Assembly (NCBI RefSeq): GCF_016592615.1
Contig: NZ_AP013043.1
Span: 630,001 to 662,000 of the forward strand
Source of the DNA: Isorropodon fossajaponicum endosymbiont JTNG4
GTDB taxonomy: Bacteria > Pseudomonadota > Gammaproteobacteria > PS1 > Pseudothioglobaceae
DNA: 32,000 bases
Direction: 5' to 3'
Made by a program: the position numbers and the translations under genes. Positions 10,242-19,442 of this stretch are shown here, piece by piece (within the stretch, counting starts at the first letter, position 1; each line of letters begins with the position of its first letter). The notes beneath the pieces are model-generated. The model made no database searches, had not been told where the DNA came from, and saw only the letters and a program-made list of their open reading frames with translations.

Positions 10242-11864
10242 CTATTGCAGTTTATTTTGACTGGCTAAGTAGTCTTCATAATTGCCAGAATAATAATGCA
10301 TACTGCCCTCTTTAAGCTCTACCACCTTGGTAGACAGTGAGGAAACAAACTCTCTATCATGACTAACAAAAATCAAAGTGCCTTCGTAATTATCCAGTGC
10401 TAGATTAAGAGCTTCGATAGACTCCATATCAAGATGGTTGGTAGGCTCATCCATCACTAATACATTGGGTCTTTGCAGCATGAGTTTGCCAAATAGCATT
10501 CTACCCTTCTCACCACCAGAGAGTGATTTAATGCTCTTTCCAGTATCTTCTTTGCCAAATAACATTTTACCTAGTACTGCGCGCATTGCCTGTACATCGT
10601 CTTTTTCGCTTTTGAATTGGCTCATCCAATCAAGTACATTCATATTAGTTTCAAAATCTTTACTGTGATCCTGTGCATAGTAACCAATATTAATATTTTC
10701 ACTCCACTTAATTTTGCCTTTGTCGGGCTTGATTTCACCAACCAAAATACGTAGCAATGTGGTTTTTCCGATACCATTTTGACCAATGATAGCAATGCGA
10801 TCACCCACCTCAAATAAGAAATTAATATCTTTTAGAACTTCAAGCTTATTATCCTTTTCAGCCTCTCCTTGAGGCGTGAAACTCTTAGACAAGCCTTCGA
10901 CTTCTAATATATTTCTGTGTAACTTAGTTTCTTGGTTGAAAATAATATAAGGGCTTACCCTTGAAGAGGGTCTAATATCGTCCAGTATAATTTTATCTAA
11001 TTGCTTTAATCTTGAAGTGGCTTGCTTAGATTTAGAAGCATTGGCTGAAAAACGAGACACAAAATGCTTAAGCTCTTTAATTTTAGCTTCTTTTTTAGCA
11101 TTATCAGTTTGCATTTTTTCTTGAATAGCGGTTGATGCAATCATGAAATCATCGTAATTACCAGGGAAAGTATTAAGTGCGCCATAGTCTAAATCAGACA
11201 TATGTGTACATACGCCATTTAAAAAGTGCCTATCATGAGAGATGATAACCATGGTTGCCTTGCGTTCTTTTAATACGCCTTCTAGCCAACGAATTGAGTT
11301 AATATCTAAGTTGTTTGTTGGCTCATCAAGTAGTAGGATTTCTGGGTTTGAAAACAGTGCTTGAGCCAGCAAAATACGCAACTTCCAACCTGGTGCAATC
11401 TCACTCATCAGTCCATAATGTTGCTCTTCTGGGATGTCTAAGCCTAATAACAACTCACTGGCAGAAGACTCTGCCATATAACCATCCATTTCTGCAAATT
11501 GCATTTCAAGTTCTGCAACCTTGATGCCGTCTTTCTCGCTCATTTCAGGCAGGGCGTAAATCCTATCTCTTTCTTTTTTAATTTCCCATAATTCACCATG
11601 ACCCATAATCACCGCATCAACCACACGAAAATCCTCAAAGGCAAACTGGTCTTGGCGAAGAACACCCAAACGCTCGCCATCACTAATATGAACCGTGCCA
11701 TTGCTGGGTGTAAGTTCGCCCGTTAAAATTTTCATAAAAGTTGACTTACCACAGCCGTTTGCACCAATTAAACCATAGCGGTTACCGCCTTGAAATTTAA
11801 TAGAGATATTTTCAAATAAAGGTTTTTCACCAAATTGCATGGTGATATTGGCAGTAGAAATCAT
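10242..11864 (-). CDS. ybiT: ABC-F family ATPase YbiT-like (two ABC domains, no membrane domain)
   Basis: 540 aa, collinear by eye with E. coli YbiT ([20 protein letters not shown], second Walker [27 protein letters not shown]). The last codons and the stop lie within the IS tip. Confidence 0.9.
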   Translation of the reverse strand: MISTANITMQFGEKPLFENISIKFQGGNRYGLIGANGCGKSTFMKILTGELTPSNGTVHISDGERLGVLRQDQFAFEDFRVVDAVIMGHGELWEIKKERDRIYALPEMSEKDGIKVAELEMQFAEMDGYMAESSASELLLGLDIPEEQHYGLMSEIAPGWKLRILLAQALFSNPEILLLDEPTNNLDINSIRWLEGVLKERKATMVIISHDRHFLNGVCTHMSDLDYGALNTFPGNYDDFMIASTAIQEKMQTDNAKKEAKIKELKHFVSRFSANASKSKQATSRLKQLDKIILDDIRPSSRVSPYIIFNQETKLHRNILEVEGLSKSFTPQGEAEKDNKLEVLKDINFLFEVGDRIAIIGQNGIGKTTLLRILVGEIKPDKGKIKWSENINIGYYAQDHSKDFETNMNVLDWMSQFKSEKDDVQAMRAVLGKMLFGKEDTGKSIKSLSGGEKGRMLFGKLMLQRPNVLVMDEPTNHLDMESIEALNLALDNYEGTLIFVSHDREFVSSLSTKVVELKEGSMHYYSGNYEDYLASQNKLQ

Positions 11865-11958
11865 AAGCTTTGTTGTTGTTTTTTACAAAAAACAACATTA
11901 TCCCATAATAGTAACAAAAAATGCAATAGTCTAATTTTATTGGACACAAAGATAGCCT

Positions 11959-11980
11959 TATAATACAAACCATAAGGAGG
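11959..11980 (+). promoter_or_regulatory. Candidate orfA -10 box (TATAAT, 11959-11964) and Shine-Dalgarno (AAGGAGG, 11974-11980)
   Basis: Perfect -10 hexamer and a strong SD 6 nt before ATG 11987. The -35 is weak (TTATTG). Confidence 0.4.
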
Positions 11981-11986
11981 TCAGTA

Positions 11987-12338
11987 ATGACACAATATAA
12001 ATCAAGAAAACAACGAGTGACTTTTACCGTTGAACATTCTGTTCAATACCCCCTTGAGGGGGGAACACTAGATTATGCCAAACTCATGGTGCATGAGAAT
12101 TACACCAATAAAAAAAATCATGATAATATCAGGAGCTTGCTCCTCAGCAGTTAGCAGATGGAGAAAACAATACCTAGCAGAGCTTGGTGGACAAACACCA
12201 GAGTCAGGCAAAGCGCTGACTTCTGAACAACAAACAATACAACTGCTTGAGAAACAACTTTGGCGCGCACAAAGGGACAATGAAATCTTAAAAAAGGCAA
12301 CAGCCTTGTTCGCTGTGGACAATCACCAAGTGATATGA
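11987..12338 (+). pseudogene. IS3-family OrfA, frameshifted (A8 tract at 12110-12117)
   Basis: Same lesion as copy 1. The ORF from ATG 11987 terminates early, and the remaining 87-aa ORF (12075-12338) lacks the N-terminus. Confidence 0.7.
12290..12296 (+). promoter_or_regulatory. Programmed -1 frameshift heptamer A AAA AAG (copy 2)
   Basis: TTA AAA AAG in the orfA frame (codons at 12288, 12291, 12294). Confidence 0.6.
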
Positions 12339-12464
12339 TTATCAAGATAAACAAGGCTTGCCAACAATACAATACTAAAGAATTATGAGCATTACTCAAA
12401 ACTTCCTCGCAGTAGTTATTACTATCAAGTCAAAGATAAGCGAGTAAACAACAACACCAACGCT

Positions 12465-13193
12465 ATGATTAAATTAATCAAACAAACTGCTATTGAAGTT
12501 GGATACACCTATGGCAAACGCAGAATGCGAGTAGTTTTGAATAACCAAGGTTATAACATTGGTATTTACCAAACTGCAACGCTAATGAAAAAAGCCAATG
12601 TAGTTGCCATACGCCCAAGAAAGCGTCATTATTACCCTAATACTAGATTGATGTTTAAAAAGGCAAAAAACCTATTAAATCGTGTGTTTGAGCAGCAATC
12701 AATTAATACGCATTGGGTTGGTGATATTACCTATATCAAAACCTATCAAGGTGGGAGTTATTTAGCCAGTGTGTTGGATTTAGGCTCAAGACAAGTTGTT
12801 GGTTGGGCATTGTCAAAACAGCCTAATGCTCAGTTGGCAAAGGATGCGCTTAGTAATGCTGTGTCTAGACACCAGCCCAATACAAATAAACACATGTTCC
12901 ACTCTGATCAAGGGACTCAATACTCTTCTAAAGTTTTTATTGATTATTGCAACAAGAACAACATTACTCAAAGCATGAGCAGGCGAGGTAATTGTTGGGA
13001 TAATGCGGTCATGGAGCGTTTCTTTAGAAGTCTGAAGACTGAGAGATTAAATTATCAAAGTTTTGCAAATCATAGTGAAGTCGTGCAAAATGTAGAGGGT
13101 TATATCTACTTGTATAATTACAAAAGGATTCATTCAGCGATTGGGTATTTAACACCTGCTCAAAAGATGGCTGAATTGAAAAAAGCGGCTTGA
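12465..13193 (+). CDS. IS3-family transposase OrfB (DDE core), copy 2
   Basis: Protein identical to copies 1 and 3. Confidence 0.85.
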   Translation: MIKLIKQTAIEVGYTYGKRRMRVVLNNQGYNIGIYQTATLMKKANVVAIRPRKRHYYPNTRLMFKKAKNLLNRVFEQQSINTHWVGDITYIKTYQGGSYLASVLDLGSRQVVGWALSKQPNAQLAKDALSNAVSRHQPNTNKHMFHSDQGTQYSSKVFIDYCNKNNITQSMSRRGNCWDNAVMERFFRSLKTERLNYQSFANHSEVVQNVEGYIYLYNYKRIHSAIGYLTPAQKMAELKKAA

Positions 13194-13222
13194 AATGTGT
13201 CCAAGTAGGTTAAACTATTGCA

Positions 13223-15607
13223 CTAAAGTAGTAGAACATATTGGTTTAGAAGGGTACTTTGACTCTCAGTCTAAAAAATATATGGAGCAAATAGAAGATT
13301 ATTTAAAACTCGACCCAAAGAGAAGGGATACATCTACTAGTCAATTAATCACAACATTTTCTTTATCTGAAAATGGCAGAACATTGTCTAAAAGATTAAG
13401 AGTGCAAAGAATATATCTACGCGATGAATATAAAAAAACTAACACAAAGGAAGACCTTGTTAAAACCACCTGCCTTACCAACGCTTTTGTGCATAATCAA
13501 ATGATTGTATGCATGAATTTGCCTGAGCCAAGCGTTTTGTGAATCCCATGGAGTGATACATTGCCATAGGGCGTTGAGTAATTGCATTTAAAGGAAATGC
13601 ATTAATGTCTGTATGTTGAAATTCAATCGGGTCGTGATATAAAGGCAAGGGGTCAAAAAATTCTTTTATGCGAGCACGGAGCTCTTCTGGTGGTTGTTTG
13701 CCTTTGCCTTTGCGCTTGCCTTGTGCAGCTAATTTGAATTTTTGTAATACTTCTGAGTACAAGTGGATTTGTACAGGTTCAGCGTAGCTGAGTTAGCCCG
13801 TTGTGCTTTGTCCATTGGAGATAGCCTAGATTCCAGTTGCGCATATATTGATATGATTTTGGCAATTTATAATGAAAAAAACAATCATTATCGATGTATT
13901 TTTTCCATTGGTTTTTGCTAGGCTCGCCTTTCATCTGTTTTTCGCCATTTTTGCCACGCCAACCTGCTAAATAGCCAATGTCTGAGCCTTTGGTAGTTTC
14001 GTAATTGATGATAAAACCTGGTAATCTTTGTATTTTCGATTGCCATTTTCATCAACAAAAGCAGGGAATTTAAGCCTTGATGCTAATTCAATCAGCACTT
14101 CTTGGAAAGGTTTACAATCGCCTGTTACTGGCAATACTGGCACACGTACAGAATCCACTGGACCATCAAATTCTGAAATAGGTCGATCCAACATACTCAT
14201 TACGTCGTGGCGTTCTAAGTAGGCGGTGTCAGGTAAGATTAAATCAGCAAAATCAACAGTTTCTGATTGAAAGACATCACAGACAATAATAAACGGAATT
14301 TTGCACTCACCATCTTCATTTTTATCAACCAACATTTTTCTGATTTCAGTTGTGTTCATGCTTGAATTCCATGCCATGTTAGACATAAATAACATCAATG
14401 TGTCAATAAAGTATGGGTCACCACGCCAAGCGTTGGTAATTGCATTGTGCATCAAGCCATGTACTGAGAGTGGATGTTCCCATGAAAACCCTTTGTCAAG
14501 GCGTACTGGCTGGCCTTCGTCATCAACAAATAAATCATCAGGATCTGCAGGAAAGCCAAGTACCATAGAATCTAGTGGCATGTTTGGCTTAATATCATCG
14601 GGTGATTTTGGTGGTTTAGCACAAGGCGGAATAGGGCGTGGAAAAGGGGCTTTATGTCTAAATCCACCGGGTCTGTTAATGGTGCCTAATAGCGTCATTA
14701 AGATGGATAAGTTACGAATGGCATGAAAGCCATTTGAGTGGGCGGCCAAACCACGCATTGCGTGGAATGCAACGGGTGCGCCAGTAACATGGTCGTGTTC
14801 CTCACCCAAAGCGTCTATCCAAGCAATAGGCAGCTCAATTTTTTGATCATGCGTAGCAATGCCCATTTCATAAGCAAGCCTGCGAATAGCCCAAAATCAT
14901 CACTGTCTTCATTTATATTGACCAATTCGGCAGCGTTGGTACATTTAATTAAAAATTCACGGTCAAACAAACCTTGCTTGATTAATTCATGATTAATTGC
15001 CATAAATAACGTACCATCAGTGCCTGGTTTAATAGGTATCCACTCATCAGCAATAGCAGAATAACCAGTACGTACTGGGTTGATTGAAATAAATTTACCG
15101 CCATTGCGTTTAAATTTACTCATCTCAATTTTCATTGGATTGGAGTGGTGATCCTCAGCTGTGCCAATCATAATAAAGAGTTTTGCTCTTTCTAAGTTTG
15201 GGGCGCCATATTGCTTGGCAAACAATCCTGTTAATGCTTGCACTTGGTCACAACCTGTAAATAAAGCGAACTTTTTAGGGTCTGTTGCGCGGATGTGGGA
15301 CAGGCGTTTTTCCATAATTTCAAAAGCCTCGTCCCACTCATTTTGCCTCAAATTGTGACTCGCCACGCTTGCGCACCTTCTTTTCTTTTAAGTGGCTTGG
15401 TTAAGCGCGCAGGCGAGTATTGTTTCATAATGCTCAGCTGAGCCCTTGGCACAAATCACACCTTTGTTTTAAGGGTGGTTTGGGTTGCCTTCAATATAGC
15501 GAATTTCACTATTTTCAATCGTGACATTAATGCCGCAACGACAAGCACACATATAGCAAGTGGTGCTTTTTATCTCTTTATTTGTCGGCTTATTTTGTTT
15601 TTGGCAT
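13223..15607 (-). pseudogene. Cytoplasmic molybdopterin (MopB-superfamily) oxidoreductase, multiply disrupted and 3'-truncated by IS copy 2
   Basis: N-terminal Fe-S motif TTCYMCACRCGINV...IRYIEGNPNHP*NKGVICAKGS has an in-frame TAA. The body is split over ORFs 14815-15366, 13967-14866 and 13475-13762 in different frames. There is no Tat signal, and an internal stretch after LFAKQYGAPN appears deleted. Confidence 0.75.
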
Positions 15608-15776
15608 GTTTTGTGTTTATCAATAAAAAATTATTTGAAGATGTGTATTTTAAAGTATTTAATTCAATTGATTAATATTAATAAATATTAATATAGACTA
15701 CTAAGAAAAACGGTTTATATACTTGTTAAATAAGGATAAAATAGAATTTCTCTTTACTTTTTTATGGCGTAATTGT

Positions 15777-16115
15777 ATGACTGATTGTTTGTTTTGTAAA
15801 ATGATTAATGGTGACATTCCAGTCAATAAAATCTATGAAAATAAAGATGTTCTGGCCTTTCATGATATTAATCCACAAGCGCCCCATCATTTTTTAGTCA
15901 TTCCAAAAACACATATTAAAACTTTAAATGATACTGATGATGCGCAATTGTTAGGCAAATTAACATTAACAGCAAGCCGTATTACTAAAGAGTTAGGTTT
16001 TGCTGATGAGGGTTATCGAGTGGTGATGAATTGTAATGAACAAGGTGGGCAAACGGTTTACCATATTCATCTTCATTGTCTAGGTGGGCGGGCACTGACT
16101 TGGCCACCAGGGTGA
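15777..16115 (+). CDS. hinT: HIT-family purine nucleoside phosphoramidase
   Basis: MTDCLFCKMINGDIP N-terminus and the histidine triad HIHLHCLGG. Start placed at ATG 15777. Confidence 0.85.
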   Translation: MTDCLFCKMINGDIPVNKIYENKDVLAFHDINPQAPHHFLVIPKTHIKTLNDTDDAQLLGKLTLTASRITKELGFADEGYRVVMNCNEQGGQTVYHIHLHCLGGRALTWPPG

Positions 16116-16223
16116 TAAGTGTCTTTTTGAAAAGGTGTTTATAAGCCTTATTTTTTACAAGGAAAACAAATCTCTAATCAGATAAAATTTAGCTCTTAAA
16201 TTTATTGAAATATTTTATCCATT

Positions 16224-19039
16224 ATGAGTAACGAATTTTTAGCCAGACATCTTGGTCCAAGTACAAATGATATTGAGACTATGATAAGCAGCATTGGCTG
16301 CTTATCTGTTGATGAGGTGATATCAAAAACGGTGCCTAAAAATATTTTATTTGGCAATCGAATGGCGCTTGATGAAGGTATGACTGAGCGGGACACTTTG
16401 GCATTGGCCTCAAGCCTTGCTGCTAAAAATATCTTAGCAACTAACTTTATTGGTCAAGGTTATTATGGCACGCTAATGCCGAGCGTTATTCAACGCAATA
16501 TTTTAGAAAATCCGGGTTGATACACGACTTACACACCTTATCAAGCTGAAATTTCTCAGGGTCGTTTGGAAATGCTGCTTAATTTTCAGCACATGATTAT
16601 TGATTTAACAGGCATGGATATTTCCAATGCTTCATTATTAGACGAGCCAACTGCTTGTGCTGAGGCAATGATGATGGCTAAGCGTGCTAATAAAAAGAAT
16701 AAATCCAACCAATTTTTGATTGATATTAACACTCATCCACAAACCATTACTATTTTGCAAACTCGTGCCAAGCCATTAGGCATTGAGTTGATTATTAAAG
16801 ACATTCAACATCATGATTTTAGTGATTGTTTTGCTTGTTTAATGCAATATCCAGGTACAAATGGTGACGTTCGAGATTTAACTGCTGACATTACTAGGGC
16901 AAAAGATAATGATGTATTAACCATTGTTGCTTGTGACCTTTTAGCATTAACACTGATTAAAACCCCTACAGAAATGGGGGCTGATATTGCCAGTGGGTAG
17001 CTCGCAACGCTTTGGCGTGCCTATGGGCTTTGGTGGGCCACATGCGGCATTTTTAAGTGCGCGTAATACGTTTAAACGCATGATACCAGGTCGGCTTATT
17101 GGCATGTCTCAAAGATGTTTTAGGCAATCCAGCAATGCGCATGTCACTACAAACTCGTGAGCAGCACATTCGTCGAGATAAAGCCACTAGTAATATTTGT
17201 ACTGCTCAAGTTTTATTAGCAGTGCTCGCCGCCGCTTATGGTATTTATCATGGCGCTAAAGGTTTGAAAAAAATTGCATTAAGTGTGCATGCTAAGGCCA
17301 ATAATCTTGCTAAAAGCCTGCTTGATGCGGATTTTGAATTAGCCACAGAACAATTTTTTGATACAATTACTATTAACACGACCGATGCTATTAGTTTATT
17401 TAATTCAGCACAATCAAATAACATTAACTTGCGTTTAATTAATGATAACCAATTAAGTATTGCACTTGATGAAACTACAACAGTTGATGAATTATCAAGC
17501 CTTGTGTCGGTTCTATCAATAGGTAAGGCTGCTTATTATCAGTCAGAAAATTTGCTTTTGAATATTGCTAAAGATAATTTACGTACTTCAGATTATTTGA
17601 CTCACCCTGTGTTTAGCAACTACCACTGTGAGACTGAAATGATGCGCTATTTGAAGCGTTTGGAAAATAAAGACATCGCGCTTAATCATTCAATGATTGC
17701 ACTAGGCTCTTGCACTATGAAGCTTAATGCTGCCACACAAATGTATCCAATCACACTGCCTGGTTTTTCTGATTTGCATCCATATGCACCAGAAGATCAA
17801 ACCAAGGGCTATCAGCAATTGTTTAAAGATTTAGAGCAGGCATTAGTAGAAGTTACAGGCTACGATGCAGTTTCTCTGCAGCCCAATGCAGGCTCCCAAG
17901 GTGAGTTTGCAGGTCTTCTAGCAATTAAGTCGTATCATCAATCCAAAGGCGAGGAAGGGCATAATATTTGCCTGATTCCTCAATCAGCACATGGTACTAA
18001 TCCTGCCAGTGCAGTTATGGCGGGCATGAAAGTGGTGATTGTTAAATGTGATGAATCTAGCAATATTGACATTCAAGATTTAACAATAAAGGCTGAGAAA
18101 TACGCAGATAAATTATCAGCCATTATGGTGACTTACCCTTCTACCCACGGCGTATTCGAGGTTGAAATTAAGCAAATATGTGAGATTATTCACACCCATG
18201 GCGCACAAGTATATTTAGATGGTGCCAATCTAAATGCCATGGTTGGCATTACTCGTATGGGTGAATTTGGTGCAGATGTGTCACATATTAATTTACACAA
18301 AACATTTGCCATTCCGCACGGTGGCGGTGGTCCAGGTATGGGGCCGATTGGCGTTAAAGCACACTTGAAAGAGTTTTTACCTGGCAATCCACTAATTAAA
18401 GATTCTAATGCCGTATCCGCAGCCATGTATGGCAGCGCTTCAATTTTGCCAATTTCTTGGTCATATATTAAGTTATTAGGTAAATACGGCATGCAAAGGT
18501 CTACCGAAGTTGCCATTGTGAGTGCTAACTATATTGCCAACGAATTGAAAGATTATTTTCCAATTTTGTATCAAGGTGAGCATAATATGGTTGCACATGA
18601 GTGCATTATTGATATTCGCCCTTTAAAAGAACAAAGTGGCATCTCTGAAGAAGACATTGCCAAGCGTTTGATGGACTATGGTTTTCATTCACCGACCATG
18701 TCATTTCCAGTAGCAGGCACACTCATGATTGAGCCTACAGAAAGTGAATCGCTACGTGAAATTAATCGTTTTATTAAGGCAATGATTAGTATTTATATCG
18801 AGATTCAAAAAGTAATTAAAGGCGAGTGGGACAAGGACAACAACCCGCTTAAAAACGCCCCACACACAGCAATTGAGATGGCTGGAGAGTGGCAATATCC
18901 TTATTCACGAGAAGAGGCGTTATACCCAATAAATTCACTAAAACAAAACAAATATTTCCCGCCCGTTAAGCGCATTGATAATGTGTATGGCGATCGAAAT
19001 TTATTTTGCTCGTGCCCAGACATTAAGGGTTTTGAGTAG
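16224..19039 (+). pseudogene. gcvP: Glycine dehydrogenase (decarboxylating) GcvP, disrupted by one nonsense codon and two 1-nt insertions
   Basis: Three collinear ORFs. TGA at 16518-16520 replaces the conserved Trp of LENPGWYT. The frame shifts near 16990 ([25 protein letters not shown]) and near 17110 ([18 protein letters not shown]). The remainder is well conserved, including [16 protein letters not shown]. Confidence 0.85.
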
Positions 19040-19442
19040 ATGGCTTTGCGCCTTATTTTGATACTTTATTTGGGTATTTTAGCTGGTTAGTTTGCACGTG
19101 GTTATTTTAATAAAATAGTGTTACCCATTCAAGCGTTACCCTAAATAACCACCTATACTAATCCTATTATTAGCCAAAAATCTGGCGAACAATCAATATC
19201 AATTCTGGCGAAAAACTAAGTTTAATTTTGAAAATCAATCAAGCACTTAGTCTTTGGTGATTTAAAATTAGCCAAATATTTTATTGCTTAAATTAATTGA
19301 GCAACAACCATTTGAGCCTCAGACTCTGATTTTATCAGCCAAATATTTATACTAAAATACAGAATATTTAGCAGTATTAGATGCTTTAGAGGTAATTAAT
19401 AGTCAAGTACAAGATAACTATTCTTTAGCAGAAATAGAATAA

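Larger units (their letters stand above)
8950..10249 (-). mobile_element. IS3-family insertion sequence, copy 1 (1300 bp)
   Basis: TG...CA termini and imperfect 26-bp terminal IRs (TGCAATAGTCTAATTTTATTGGACAC / TGCAATGCTCTAACCTACTTGGACAC). Has orfA, an A AAA AAG heptamer and a DDE orfB. Near-identical to the copies at 11922 and 20781. Confidence 0.92.
11922..13222 (+). mobile_element. IS3-family insertion sequence, copy 2 (1301 bp)
   Basis: Same element as copy 1 in the opposite orientation. It has one extra A at 12398-12401 and a variant IRR tip (TTAAACTATTGCA). Confidence 0.92.

Noticed and set aside
8947-10252. Target-site duplications flanking the IS copies
   Set aside because: The flanks do not match for any copy at 3 or 4 bp (cga/gtt, aaa/cta, aac/atc). 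Cross-matching of 3-mers between copies is not statistically meaningful.
11875-11896. Hairpin GTTGTTTTTT-AC-AAAAAACAAC upstream of ybiT
   Set aside because: The stem is almost entirely A-T, its stability is weak and its function is indeterminate. It may be a remnant of the original ybiT leader.
13195-13542. 115-aa ORF starting in the IS tip (MCPSRLNYC...)
   Set aside because: It is a hybrid ORF created by the outward ATG of the IS. The flank it reads is antisense to the C-terminal remnant of the molybdopterin oxidoreductase (the minus strand still shows ...WDSQNAWLRQIHAYNHL...). There is no independent evidence that it is a gene.
15475-15675. 66-aa ORF
   Set aside because: It overlaps the N-terminal Fe-S region of the oxidoreductase pseudogene on the opposite strand. 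It is a hydrophobic shadow ORF.
15671-15692. Near-perfect 22-bp AT palindrome ATTAATATTAATAAATATTAAT between the oxidoreductase pseudogene and hinT (possible operator)
   Set aside because: It consists only of A/T in an AT-rich intergenic region, so chance palindromes of this kind are expected. It matches no known operator consensus.
16116-16223. Glycine riboswitch in front of gcvP
   Set aside because: The leader is short and AT-rich and lacks the conserved GGAGAG / CACCG-type cores.
16518-16520. Possibility that TGA is read as Trp (genetic code 4), given TGA at the invariant Trp of GcvP and the in-frame TGA in the IS
   Set aside because: Several well-conserved genes here terminate at TGA exactly where orthologues end (xerC, tsaC, pgi, galU, IS orfA/orfB). 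Trp is TGG throughout. gcvP also has two frameshifts, so ordinary pseudogenisation explains it.
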